In this document: positions 19,127 to 28,276 of the stretch, in pieces
Layout: every line of letters starts with the position of its first letter
Position numbering within the stretch: the stretch's first letter is position 1
NCBI GenBank assembly: GCA_964612745.1
Contig: CAZTCH010000002.1
Coordinates: 1,009 to 65,008 of the forward strand
Origin: an uncultured Candidatus Saccharibacteria bacterium
GTDB taxonomy: Bacteria > Patescibacteriota > Doudnabacteria > UBA920
Reading direction: 5' to 3'
DNA length: 64,000 bases
The notes under the pieces: generated by a model
What the model was told of the DNA's origin: nothing
The model's input: the letters and a program-made list of their open reading frames with translations, nothing else
The model's database searches: none
Made by a program: the position numbers and the translations under genes

Positions 19127-19202
19127 ACAGTAACCATACCAAAAAATCGCCAGCCAAGCGATTCTATACAAAAAAACTACCAAATCTCAGTAATTTGATT
19201 GG

Positions 19203-19224
19203 TTACGAAGGTGACCATCGTAAC
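19203..19224. repeat. Array repeat R11 ttacgaaggtgaccatcgtaac, 30 bp from the tRNA-Gln 3' end
   Basis: Sequence match. Confidence 0.75.
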
Positions 19225-19254
19225 GAGGGTTGGATTTTTTTATTCATACTTTTT

Positions 19255-19328
19255 TGGCTGGGGTACTAGGATTCGAACCTAGGATGACGGGACCAGAACC
19301 CGTTGCCTTACCGCTTGGCTATACCCCA
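19255..19328 (-). tRNA. tRNA-Gln (anticodon CUG), CCA encoded
   Basis: Minus-strand cloverleaf: UGGGGUA acceptor with U1-A72, GGUUCGAAUCC T-arm, UUCUGGU anticodon loop, G73-CCA. Close to the canonical bacterial tRNA-Gln. Confidence 0.85.
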
Positions 19329-19354
19329 TTGTTACCACAGGTATGACACTTACG

Positions 19355-19511
19355 TGCCTTATCCCGACTCCGAGTCGGGACCATACCCACTGCACAAAAA
19401 CATGTGCGGGAACCCCAGCCAAAAAAATACGAATGTCTATATTTTGTTATGAAAGAAGTGCTGCATGTCCGTTGCCTTATCCCGACTCGGAGTCGGGACT
19501 GTACCCCATCC
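19355..19511. repeat. Two copies of G(T)TGCCTTATCCCGACTC(C/G)GAGTCGGGAC..TACCC hairpin repeat adjacent to the tRNA
   Basis: Units at 19355-19390 and 19471-19511, each with perfect hairpin cccgactc.gagtcggg. Confidence 0.55.
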
Positions 19512-19617
19512 AACTATAAAAAATTCGAAAGTATTTATAGGAAAAGTACCGGAAATTGCTAAAGTATTATACAATACATAGGTTAAATTGCAACTAAATT
19601 AAATTAGCTAGAAACCC

Positions 19618-20067
19618 ATGCAAAACGAACCTCAGACAGCCCAAAACTACCAAAACCACAGAAAATTTGTAGTTGCCTTCCACGCGGTGGTGTCCACCCT
19701 GCTTGTACTTGGCCTTATTTTCTCCATTGTCGCTCTTGTAAAAGCTTTTGGAGACGCAGGTATTCCTTGGACAGAACTTGCCCTTGTCGCCCTTGCGTTG
19801 GGTAGCAGCATTCTTATGTGGTACGCTCGTGCCTTCCCTGTTGGCGTACAAGACCGCGTCATTCGCCTAGAAGAGTCGTTACGCGCCCAAACACTAACCG
19901 GCAAACCACTCGACCCTGCTCTGACCATGTCGCAAGTAATTGCACTGCGCTTTGCATCTGACGAAGAATACGCAGCTCTTGTTACCCGCGCAGTTGCAGA
20001 AAAGCTAACCAACGACCAAATAAAGCAAGCTGTTAAGAACTGGCGCGCCGACAACGCCCGTATTTAA
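19618..20067 (+). CDS. Hypothetical membrane protein
   Basis: Two TM helices. Confidence 0.4.
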   Translation: MQNEPQTAQNYQNHRKFVVAFHAVVSTLLVLGLIFSIVALVKAFGDAGIPWTELALVALALGSSILMWYARAFPVGVQDRVIRLEESLRAQTLTGKPLDPALTMSQVIALRFASDEEYAALVTRAVAEKLTNDQIKQAVKNWRADNARI

Positions 20068-20100
20068 ATTTGCCGAACACTTTTTTGTCATACTAAACCT

Positions 20101-20535
20101 ATGCCACAAGAAATTATAGATTACCTTGCCACACAACGAGTAGGAGTACTTGCAGTAGAAATGCCGGACGGGTCACCACACGGAGCAACTCTGCATTTTG
20201 CTACTAACACAGAAGCAAATGAGTTCTATTTTCGCACCTCCCCTGCTTACAAAAAAATGGAATCGCTTGCAGAGCGCACAACTACACGCGCATCGTTTGT
20301 TGTTGGCACCACAGAAGCAGAAATGAAAACCTTTCAGCTTGATGGCGTGCTTAGAAAAATTACAGCAGAAGAACAAGCAGCATTTGAGGCAGCTTATCTC
20401 GGCAAGCTCACCGAAAAAAAGGGTAAATCTTCGGACGGTGTGGGATTAGTTTTTACCCCCACATGGTGGCGCTTTACCGACTGGACCAAACCAGAAGGAA
20501 AATTCGTTCTGAGTTCGGAGACCACGAGCAATTAG
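20101..20535 (+). CDS. Pyridoxamine 5'-phosphate oxidase-like FMN-binding protein
   Basis: PNPOx-like split-barrel composition. Confidence 0.5.
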   Translation: MPQEIIDYLATQRVGVLAVEMPDGSPHGATLHFATNTEANEFYFRTSPAYKKMESLAERTTTRASFVVGTTEAEMKTFQLDGVLRKITAEEQAAFEAAYLGKLTEKKGKSSDGVGLVFTPTWWRFTDWTKPEGKFVLSSETTSN

Positions 20536-20584
20536 ATTCTTTAAGCACCTCTTCGCAACTCAATATTATACTAACCATACCCAT

Positions 20585-21172
20585 ATGAGCACTGAACGTG
20601 GCTGGCAAAACTACTACGAACAAACTAAAGACAATCCACCAAGTGTGCTATTAGCAGAAGCTCTTTCTCTTTGCCCACAAAAATCATCGGCTTTAGATTT
20701 GGGGGCTGGCGCATTGAAGGATTCAAAATATTTACTCAGCCAAGGGTTTGAACACGTCACAGCCGTAGACAGCTCACAGGCACCGGAACAACTAATCGAA
20801 GGACTGTCAAAAGATAAATTCGAATACGTCATCGTCCCTTTTGACGAGTTCTCGTTTCCAGAAAATGAGTACGACTTAGTCAGCGCACAATTTTCCCTCC
20901 CGTTTAACCCACCAGCAAGTTTCGATGCAGTATTTGCAAGCATTAAAAACTCACTCAAACAAGGTGGCGTTTTTACAGGACAACTATTTGGAGAAGAAGA
21001 TGAGTGGAACACGCCCGAAACTAAACTTACTTTCCACAGCAAAAACAGAGTAGAACAGCTGCTTTCTGGTATGGATATTAGCAAGCTCGAAGAAACAATC
21101 AGAGACGGTACACTCGCGAACGGACAAGCAAAGCATTGGCATTTGTTTAACATTATTGCGCGAAAAAAATAG
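20585..21172 (+). CDS. Class I SAM-dependent methyltransferase
   Basis: LDLGAGALKD motif I. Confidence 0.55.
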   Translation: MSTERGWQNYYEQTKDNPPSVLLAEALSLCPQKSSALDLGAGALKDSKYLLSQGFEHVTAVDSSQAPEQLIEGLSKDKFEYVIVPFDEFSFPENEYDLVSAQFSLPFNPPASFDAVFASIKNSLKQGGVFTGQLFGEEDEWNTPETKLTFHSKNRVEQLLSGMDISKLEETIRDGTLANGQAKHWHLFNIIARKK

Positions 21173-21662
21173 ATTGGTCACCACAGCCACAAACACACTT
21201 GTTGTGAAGACTACCAGAAATGGCAAAGGTATTTTTACTGCGCGCAAGTTTAGTGCGGGGCAAACACTGTACGAAGTCACTGGCAAACGGTTTCACTACA
21301 CTACGTTACTTACCCACGGTGGCACGTTTCTGGACAACTGCTTCCGGCTTTCTGAAAACTACTACCAAAGCCCAGAAGGACAGATTGGTGTGTACCAAAA
21401 CCATTCGTGCACACCGAACGCACGTGTGGTCAAACAACACGGCAAACTGTTGGTGGTAGCAGTGGAAGATATTGAGAAAAACACAGAGGTACTTATTGAC
21501 TACTCCACCATTACGGCAAGTGACGACATTTGGACCATGCGCTGTAACTGCGGAGCAAAAGGTTGCAGAAAAGTGGTACGGAACTGGACCAAGCTTCCCC
21601 GCGCGACAAAAGAGTACTACATAAAATCACAAATTTTGCCTCGCTACATTCAGAAGTTGTAA
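21156..21662 (+). CDS. SET domain protein (putative lysine methyltransferase)
   Basis: NHSCTPNA ... Y plus Cys-rich post-SET CNCGAKGC. Confidence 0.55.
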   Translation: MREKNRLVTTATNTLVVKTTRNGKGIFTARKFSAGQTLYEVTGKRFHYTTLLTHGGTFLDNCFRLSENYYQSPEGQIGVYQNHSCTPNARVVKQHGKLLVVAVEDIEKNTEVLIDYSTITASDDIWTMRCNCGAKGCRKVVRNWTKLPRATKEYYIKSQILPRYIQKL

Positions 21663-21796
21663 AAGTAACTCAAAAGTCAAAGAGAACAATTTAACTCCCC
21701 TAACCCCTCTTTGGAAAAGAGGGGGAACAGATGGTGCCCATCTTCTGCTCAAAAATGACATACATTTACTAGAGTGATATACTAAATATGTAGATA

Positions 21797-22063
21797 TTGC
21801 ATACGAACATGAGTGACACAAATTTTCAACCAATCTTTGAGTACCTAGACGAACGATTTTCTAAACTAGAAGATCGCCTTGGCTCTATAGAAGAAAAAAT
21901 TGGCACGCTACAAACATCGACCGATGGTCTCACCAAAATCGTCAAAGACTATCAAGATGAGCATATTATTTTAAGATGCAGAGTAGAACTATTGGAAGCA
22001 TGGGCGAAAACTGTTTCCGCAAAAGTGGGAATCCCACTACCTCAAGGGTTACTTTCTGATTAA
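21797..22063 (+). CDS. Hypothetical coiled-coil protein
   Basis: 88-aa ORF. Confidence 0.3.
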   Translation: MHTNMSDTNFQPIFEYLDERFSKLEDRLGSIEEKIGTLQTSTDGLTKIVKDYQDEHIILRCRVELLEAWAKTVSAKVGIPLPQGLLSD

Positions 22064-22134
22064 AAATCCATTAACTACATATCTTGCAGATACTAAAGAC
22101 AAAGATAGCCTTTGTCTTTTTCTTTTTGAAAGAC

Positions 22135-22410
22135 AAGAACAGATGGGTGCCATCAAGAGAAACTCCAAATCCCAAGCACCAAATATCAAATAAATTACAA
22201 TCCGCCAGCTGGCGGACAAAATTCAAATCAAAACTGTAAACTGAAATGCAATTTAGTTATGAGTTTATAGTTGCAGTTTTGCGTTCCTGTCGTTAGATGG
22301 GCACCATCTGACACCATGCTCGTAGTTATGGTTTGAGGGCGCATCGACACAAATAAGTATAAAACTTACCTGTCAGATGGTGCCCATCTAACTCTACCGT
22401 TTTTCTTGCG
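22135..22410. mobile_element. MITE-like repeat copy A: AC-rich word arms plus long hairpin cagatgggcaccatctgaca...tgtcagatggtgcccatct
   Basis: Shares arm words (ccaaatcccaagcaccaaatatcaaataaatt; agttgcagttttgcgtt) with copies at 36.8, 38.1 and 48.0 kb. Confidence 0.5.
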
Positions 22411-22425
22411 TGAAGACCTTAAGAC

Positions 22426-23247
22426 ATGACGGCGTTCGACTCGTACTCGGTTGCTGTTGATAAATCCCGCTTGACTAACAGTTTTTTTCCTGTAATGGTA
22501 CAGGTAGTATTAACAAAAATGCATATGCAGCCAAACAGTCAAAAGAGTTCGGGAGGATTTTTTCAGGACAACAAGAACGCCCTTATTGTTGCCGCAATAG
22601 TCGTTATTATTATTGCTGTCTACTTTGTGACACGGGACACCGCCAAAGTAGGCGTGCAAGACCAAAAAGAGAACACAGAAACCAGCGAAAGCATGGAAGT
22701 TGACGGAGACAAGATGGCAGATGACGCCAAAATGGAAGGCTCGGACACAGCTAAGCAACCAAAGCCAGAAAGCGACACAACAAGCCAGACTGGTGACGCA
22801 GTTACCTTTACCGGTACCCTTATGGCCTCTACCAACCCAGCCAAAGGTAACTATGTCGTAGACAGCAATCGTGGCATGGTGTACATCCAAAGCAGCCGTG
22901 ACATGAGCGCGCTAGTAGGCAAAGCAGTAAAAGGCACTGCCACTGGTAGCATTACCAACTTTAGCAATGTCATGCTAACCCCAGCAGACGCCGCTCCAGA
23001 CGCCATGCAAGACAAAGGTGGTTCTGCAGAAATGCCAGACATGACCGCTAAGCCAGAAGTCACTTTTAGCGGTATCTTGCAAGAAAGTGCAGACAAGAGC
23101 AAAGGCGCATACAGCATTACCTCTGGTAAAACAGTGGTATATGTCATGACTAGCAAAAACCATGCAGATCACGTGGGCAAAGAAGTCACTTTGACCGCAC
23201 AAGGCACCTTACAAGCATTCCACCACGCAATGATCGCTGCAAAGTAA
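22426..23247 (+). CDS. Hypothetical membrane-anchored protein with internal tandem duplication; true start likely downstream near the MHMQPN methionines
   Basis: Two homologous ~50-aa units (FTGTLMAST... / FSGILQESA...). Confidence 0.4.
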   Translation: MTAFDSYSVAVDKSRLTNSFFPVMVQVVLTKMHMQPNSQKSSGGFFQDNKNALIVAAIVVIIIAVYFVTRDTAKVGVQDQKENTETSESMEVDGDKMADDAKMEGSDTAKQPKPESDTTSQTGDAVTFTGTLMASTNPAKGNYVVDSNRGMVYIQSSRDMSALVGKAVKGTATGSITNFSNVMLTPADAAPDAMQDKGGSAEMPDMTAKPEVTFSGILQESADKSKGAYSITSGKTVVYVMTSKNHADHVGKEVTLTAQGTLQAFHHAMIAAK

Positions 23248-23342
23248 GATGTATCGTTACGCACAAACCACTCTCATCCGAGGGTGGTTTTTTCTATATC
23301 ACACCATGTTACACTACCAATAGATACTAACACTACAAAACA

Positions 23343-23915
23343 ATGCGCACACAACCCACAGAAACATACGTTGTGATCGTCGTTCCCCCAAAACACATAC
23401 AAACGCTGGTGCACGATTTTCGCAACCATTTTAAAGACACAAGCGAGTACAAACTACCGCCGCACATTACACTGCTCCCGCCTTTCCAACTTGCTCCCAC
23501 GCATGGCAAAGAGTTAATTGGCGTCATTCGGAGCATTGCGGCAGCCACCTCCCCAATGGACGCGTTACTGACACACACCGGAGTGTTCGAAAACAGACCC
23601 CCTGTGTGGTTCTGTGGGTTTTCACCCAGCACCACCCGCTCGCTTCGGTCGCTCCACAAAAAACTACTCAAAGCTATAGTTGCACTACACAGCGAACACA
23701 CACTGGCATACAAAACTGGTCCCAAACACAACGTGTTCAACCCCCACATGACCTTGATAGAAAAAGTGCCCAAAGCGAACAAAAAAAGCATCGCCGCACT
23801 TATTGAACCGCTTATACACCCCTTTAGCTTTGCAGTAGGCAGCATTGAGCTGTACAAGCGCCAGAGCGACGACAAAACCTACACACGGGTACAAAAATTC
23901 ACTTTGCGTGGTTAA
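23343..23915 (+). CDS. thpR: 2'-5' RNA ligase / 2H phosphoesterase
   Basis: Two H-x-T-x motifs (PHITLL, PHMTLI). Confidence 0.6.
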   Translation: MRTQPTETYVVIVVPPKHIQTLVHDFRNHFKDTSEYKLPPHITLLPPFQLAPTHGKELIGVIRSIAAATSPMDALLTHTGVFENRPPVWFCGFSPSTTRSLRSLHKKLLKAIVALHSEHTLAYKTGPKHNVFNPHMTLIEKVPKANKKSIAALIEPLIHPFSFAVGSIELYKRQSDDKTYTRVQKFTLRG

Positions 23916-23979
23916 ATAGCTCTGTTTGCCATTCGCCCAAATCCTGCTATAGTAAGAAAAATTAAGTATTCAGACATTC

Positions 23980-24624
23980 ATGAACAAACGAAACACCCTT
24001 TTGGGTACTTGGGTTGTGCTTGCCGCAATCTTTACCACAGTTATCGGCCTCGTCTACGTTGCAACCCAACAAACATACAGACAAACTGCCAATGACCCAC
24101 AAATCGAAATAACCGAAGAAATTTCTGCTGCTATTGCCAAAGGCGCACCTGCGGACCAACTTATCCCCTCTGCTGGCGGCACAGACATCAAAACCAGCCT
24201 TTCTGCCTTTGCCATGATTTTTGACAAAGACAGCAAAGTGCTTGGCTCCTCTGCCAAACTGAACGACTCTGACCCAATTCCTCCAAAAGCAGTGTTCGAA
24301 GCTGCTGCAAAAAATGGTCGCACCATGATAACGTGGGAACCAGAAAAAGGTACTCGTGTTGCAGCAGTCATTACCAGCGTAAAAAGCGGTGAAGACACTG
24401 TCTACGTCCTTGCAGGAAAGAACATCCGTGAAGTAGAAAAGCGCACTGTTGGTTTGCTCTACGCAGTTATTACCGCATGGGTAATCTCCCTTCTGCTTTC
24501 TTGGCTGTTGGTACGCGCTATCGACACCCTTGCCAAGTTTTATGCTGGTGCTCCAAGCATCGAGCAAACGGAAGTAGTCATAATCGAAGAAACAACCACT
24601 CCACCACAAGAACCACTGCTGTAA
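23980..24624 (+). CDS. Hypothetical secreted/membrane protein
   Basis: N- and C-terminal TM segments; terminator at 24644-24669. Confidence 0.4.
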   Translation: MNKRNTLLGTWVVLAAIFTTVIGLVYVATQQTYRQTANDPQIEITEEISAAIAKGAPADQLIPSAGGTDIKTSLSAFAMIFDKDSKVLGSSAKLNDSDPIPPKAVFEAAAKNGRTMITWEPEKGTRVAAVITSVKSGEDTVYVLAGKNIREVEKRTVGLLYAVITAWVISLLLSWLLVRAIDTLAKFYAGAPSIEQTEVVIIEETTTPPQEPLL

Positions 24625-24643
24625 TTTTCTGACTTACACAACA

Positions 24644-24669
24644 AACACCGCCTTCGGGCGGTGTTTTTG
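24644..24669 (+). terminator. Rho-independent terminator caccgccttcgggcggtgttttt
   Basis: Direct reading. Confidence 0.6.
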
Positions 24670-24709
24670 CATGAAGACTGCTATACTATAGGTATAAGGA
24701 GCTACAGAA

Positions 24710-25615
24710 ATGAAAAATGAAAAACCGATAAAAAGAATAGACGTGGTCGCACCAGCTACTGCAGCCAAAAAGAGTGGCAAACCACAAGTAAAAATAACAA
24801 AACGACACTTAAAGAAGCTTATGGGCGGGCAAGATAACTTGTTTTCCCCGAGCCGTATTTGGCGTATTGTATCCGAGTTTGCAGACGGATTCCGCTTTAT
24901 TGCCCAGTTCGAACATGCAGTGAGCTTTTTTGGTTCTGCTCGCTGGGGTGCAGAACACGATGTGTATCGCGATGCACAAAAGCTGGGGTACCTCCTTGCC
25001 AAAGACGGCTTTGCGGTTGTGACTGGCGGGGGCCCTGGCATTATGGAAGCTGCCAACCAAGGCGCGCGCGAAGCAGGTGGAAAATCTGTTGGGCTCAACA
25101 TTCAACTCCCTTTGGAGCAACGGGTAAACCGCTACGTTACCGAAAGCGAGTCGTTCCACTACTTCTTTACTCGCAAAGTCATGTTGGCTTCTGTGTCGCA
25201 GATATACATTTTCTTCCCTGGGGGCTTTGGCACACTCGACGAACTCTTTGAAATCCTCACACTTATCCAAACCCGCAAAATTACTGGCGCGTACGTTATT
25301 TTGGTAGACAAAGACTTTTGGGCCCCGCTACTGAAGTGGATAGACACCACTGTCTTAAAAGAACACGGCGGTATCTCCCCTGAAGATACGAAGCTCTACT
25401 ACTTAGTCGAACATGCAGAAGCAGCGCATAACTACATTCAAAAACTTATTTTAAATGGAGCATTCCAGTCCGAACGAGCAGTACACCTCGAGCACAACCC
25501 TATTGGCGTGCAAATGGCAGACTCGGCTCCTGGCTATCTCAAGCCGCTCCAAGCTACTAGCTTTGTGAAAAAACCTCGTACCAGAACCACCAGCGTTAAA
25601 AAGAAAACTGACTAA
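24710..25615 (+). CDS. LOG family protein (TIGR00730, cytokinin riboside 5'-monophosphate phosphoribohydrolase-like)
   Basis: [17 protein letters not shown] and [11 protein letters not shown] motifs. Confidence 0.65.
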   Translation: MKNEKPIKRIDVVAPATAAKKSGKPQVKITKRHLKKLMGGQDNLFSPSRIWRIVSEFADGFRFIAQFEHAVSFFGSARWGAEHDVYRDAQKLGYLLAKDGFAVVTGGGPGIMEAANQGAREAGGKSVGLNIQLPLEQRVNRYVTESESFHYFFTRKVMLASVSQIYIFFPGGFGTLDELFEILTLIQTRKITGAYVILVDKDFWAPLLKWIDTTVLKEHGGISPEDTKLYYLVEHAEAAHNYIQKLILNGAFQSERAVHLEHNPIGVQMADSAPGYLKPLQATSFVKKPRTRTTSVKKKTD

Positions 25616-25618
25616 GTC

Positions 25619-25834
25619 ATGAAAATCAAAGAACATTACTCCCGCTCGGTAGTAAAAGCCATTACCTACCGAGCAATCATACTGTTTACCGATAGTTTAA
25701 TTATCTTTTTTGCCACCAAGCAGTACGACACCACGCTAAAAGTTATTGCGTGGTCCAACCTTGCCAGTACTGTGCTCTATTTTTGCCACGAGCGCCTCTG
25801 GGATAACATTCAGTGGGGGAAGAGAAAAGCGTAG
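25619..25834 (+). CDS. DUF2061 small membrane protein
   Basis: 71 aa; TM plus ERLWDNIQWG tail. Confidence 0.4.
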   Translation: MKIKEHYSRSVVKAITYRAIILFTDSLIIFFATKQYDTTLKVIAWSNLASTVLYFCHERLWDNIQWGKRKA

Positions 25835-25865
25835 ACCACTGAAAAGAAGCAGTACAGAAATAACA

Positions 25866-25988
25866 AACTACAAAAATCAAAACTCAAACAAGTTCCAATA
25901 CACAATGTCCAAAATAAGAAAGTGTATTTGTTTGGGATTTTGAATATTGTAATTTATTTGTTATTTCGTGCTTGTGATTTGGAATTTC
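25866..25988. repeat. ~125-bp repeat, inverted copy of 55343-55468
   Basis: Reverse complement matches 55343-55468 with only a few mismatches by eye. Confidence 0.7.
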
Positions 25989-26028
25989 TTTTACTGACTC
26001 CTAACTCCTAATTCCTAATTCCTAGCTT

Positions 26029-27777
26029 CTACTTGGTCCTTGTCGGTGGCACATTTAAGTACGACAGGATAAACTCTGCCAGCTGCCCCCACGCTGGAGC
26101 TGCGGTACTTTCTGCGAACTGCACCGTGCGCGGGTGGTTTACCCGAACGAGCATCACAAATTTCGGGTCTTCTACCGGGGCGTATCCCACAAATGTTCCA
26201 ATGTTATTGTCTGGGTCATATCCCCCACCTTCTTTTTTCGCAACTTGCGCTGTTCCAGTTTTTCCCGCGACATAATACCCTTTTACCCCTGCTCGCTTGC
26301 CATGTCCGCGTTCAACCACGCCTACCAACATAGCAGACACTGCAGCAGCAGTTTGCGGCTTCACAATCTGCGCAGATTCAGGCAAAACAGTTGGCACAGT
26401 CTCCCCTTCTGGGGTGATTTGCGATGCCACCACATGTGGCGTTGGCATTTTCCCGCCGTTTGCCAGTGCAGCATACGCCCGCACCATTTGCAGCGGGGTT
26501 ACTGAAATACCCTGCCCGAAACTAGCAGTATGGTAGTTCACCGTAATATTCCCTTTTAGGTTAGACAAACTCCCCGCAACTTCTGGCAAATCCACACCAG
26601 TCAGTTCGCCAAAACCAAATTTTTTCGTATACTTTAGAAAATCTGCATTACCAACTTTATTTTTCACAAAAATCATCCCTGTGTTCAAAGACTCTTCCAA
26701 GACTTGGGACATAGTCTGCACACCGTGCGCTTTGTTGTCTGAGTTGCGAATAGTGTACCCATCCACTTCCACTGACCCCGTGTCGGTAAATGTCGTATCT
26801 GGCCCAACTACCCCTTCGTCCACACCCGCAGCCATGGTAACCGCTTTGAACACTGACCCTGGTTCGTAGCCCGCCGTAGTGCACTGACTATTGAACACAG
26901 ACTGGTCAGTTACTTTGTTGTACTGGTTTGGGTCGTAGCTCGGGTTACTCGCCATGGCTAAAATAGCCCCTGTCTTTGGGTCCATAACAATCGCACAGCC
27001 GCTGTCTGCTAAGTTGTCGGTTACTGCTTTTGCCAACACCCGCTCAGCTTGCATTTGTATACTGCGGTCAATGGTGAGGAGTAATTGGTTGCCATTGCGC
27101 GCTGGAGCAAACTCGGTGCCAGAACCAAACAACCAACGTCGGGCAATCGAAGTATCTGCCCGCGCCGCCCCAGACACCCCAGCTAAAGTAGTATCATATT
27201 CCCGTTCCAACCCGTAGACCCCCACTTTTTGTGACCCCGAATCTTCACGGTACCCCAAAAACCCGACAATATGGCTCAAGAACTCATGCTCAGGATAGAA
27301 CCGAACTACTTCTGTGTCGAACCGCACCCCCGTCAGTTGTAGCGCTTCCACCGCTGCACGCTCAGCCACGGTAATATTTCGTTTGAGTGGTACGTAGACT
27401 TTGTCTTGGTTGTTACGAATGCGTCCTTCGACATCCGCCTCCACGAGCCCTAAGGCTTGTGCCAATACCCGCGCAGCCACCGCTGGTTGTGCAATCTCTT
27501 TCGGTACGACATATACCAGTGGCGCTTCGACATTGGTTGCCACTGGCACGGCTTCTGGACTTAACTGATCAAATATTTTAATATCGCCCCGCGCTGGAGC
27601 AAGCTTCGCAAAAAAGGCGTGCTGGTCTTCCGCAACACCACGGTAGTACGAACTAGAAGACACCTGCAGCACCGACAAACGAAACACAAGCATTGCGAAC
27701 AGAACAAAAAAGAGCCCGCCCAATAGACGCACCCTCCCCACATAGAGACTTGGTTTTACTTCGTGCTTTCCAGACAT
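26029..27777 (-). CDS. ftsI: Penicillin-binding protein transpeptidase (FtsI/PBP2 class)
   Basis: SVFK (SxxK), SDN-like and KTG motifs; N-terminal TM; dcw context. Confidence 0.75.
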   Translation of the reverse strand: MSGKHEVKPSLYVGRVRLLGGLFFVLFAMLVFRLSVLQVSSSSYYRGVAEDQHAFFAKLAPARGDIKIFDQLSPEAVPVATNVEAPLVYVVPKEIAQPAVAARVLAQALGLVEADVEGRIRNNQDKVYVPLKRNITVAERAAVEALQLTGVRFDTEVVRFYPEHEFLSHIVGFLGYREDSGSQKVGVYGLEREYDTTLAGVSGAARADTSIARRWLFGSGTEFAPARNGNQLLLTIDRSIQMQAERVLAKAVTDNLADSGCAIVMDPKTGAILAMASNPSYDPNQYNKVTDQSVFNSQCTTAGYEPGSVFKAVTMAAGVDEGVVGPDTTFTDTGSVEVDGYTIRNSDNKAHGVQTMSQVLEESLNTGMIFVKNKVGNADFLKYTKKFGFGELTGVDLPEVAGSLSNLKGNITVNYHTASFGQGISVTPLQMVRAYAALANGGKMPTPHVVASQITPEGETVPTVLPESAQIVKPQTAAAVSAMLVGVVERGHGKRAGVKGYYVAGKTGTAQVAKKEGGGYDPDNNIGTFVGYAPVEDPKFVMLVRVNHPRTVQFAESTAAPAWGQLAEFILSYLNVPPTRTK

Positions 27778-27781
27778 ACTT

Positions 27782-28234
27782 TTAGCGCATACTTACTGTT
27801 TCTACTTTGGCACTCTTTATAAACTCTGGTGTTCCCACCGGTACAAACCCTTCTGCACCAGCTGCAATCCCGCGCATACGCACGCCTGCAGTAACCTCTG
27901 CAATTTGCACTTGCAACTGACGCTGCGCAGACTTTTGCTTTTCTAGCTCATTTTGCTGTTGTCGCAACGAAAACGCAGACCCTTCTAACCCATTCACCGA
28001 AAACAAATACAACCCAAACAGCACCACGTTGGAAATAGCGAGTGCTACCACAAACATGCGAGCGTAGAGTGGGCCGAATCTGTTGACTGTCGGAGCAACT
28101 GCTTTGGCGCTTGTGCGCACCGGAACTACCACAGAACGAGAAGTACGAGTGGTGCTGGCAAGGTCTTTTGTAATTTCAAAGGAAGGTAGTTGGACACCGA
28201 CGGTACTGGAACTAATTGTTGGGGCTAGTGACAT
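27782..28234 (-). CDS. Cell division protein FtsL-like (TM plus coiled coil)
   Basis: Position between rsmH and ftsI. Confidence 0.4.
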   Translation of the reverse strand: MSLAPTISSSTVGVQLPSFEITKDLASTTRTSRSVVVPVRTSAKAVAPTVNRFGPLYARMFVVALAISNVVLFGLYLFSVNGLEGSAFSLRQQQNELEKQKSAQRQLQVQIAEVTAGVRMRGIAAGAEGFVPVGTPEFIKSAKVETVSMR

Positions 28235-28276
28235 ACGTTTGAAGGTTTTGATTTTACGAGTTGCTTTTGAACTGCT

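Noticed and set aside
8927-19224. Whether the 24-bp repeats form a CRISPR array
   Set aside because: Repeats are spaced 0.4-2.8 kb apart with whole genes between them, not 25-50 bp spacers. No cas genes.
19255-19328. Additional tRNA or rRNA genes
   Set aside because: Scanned for GGTTCGAATCC-type T-arms and rRNA-like conserved stretches. Only the single tRNA-Gln was found.
8700-19600. Integron integrase or transposase near the array
   Set aside because: No tyrosine recombinase, serine recombinase or DDE transposase motifs seen in any ORF of the window.
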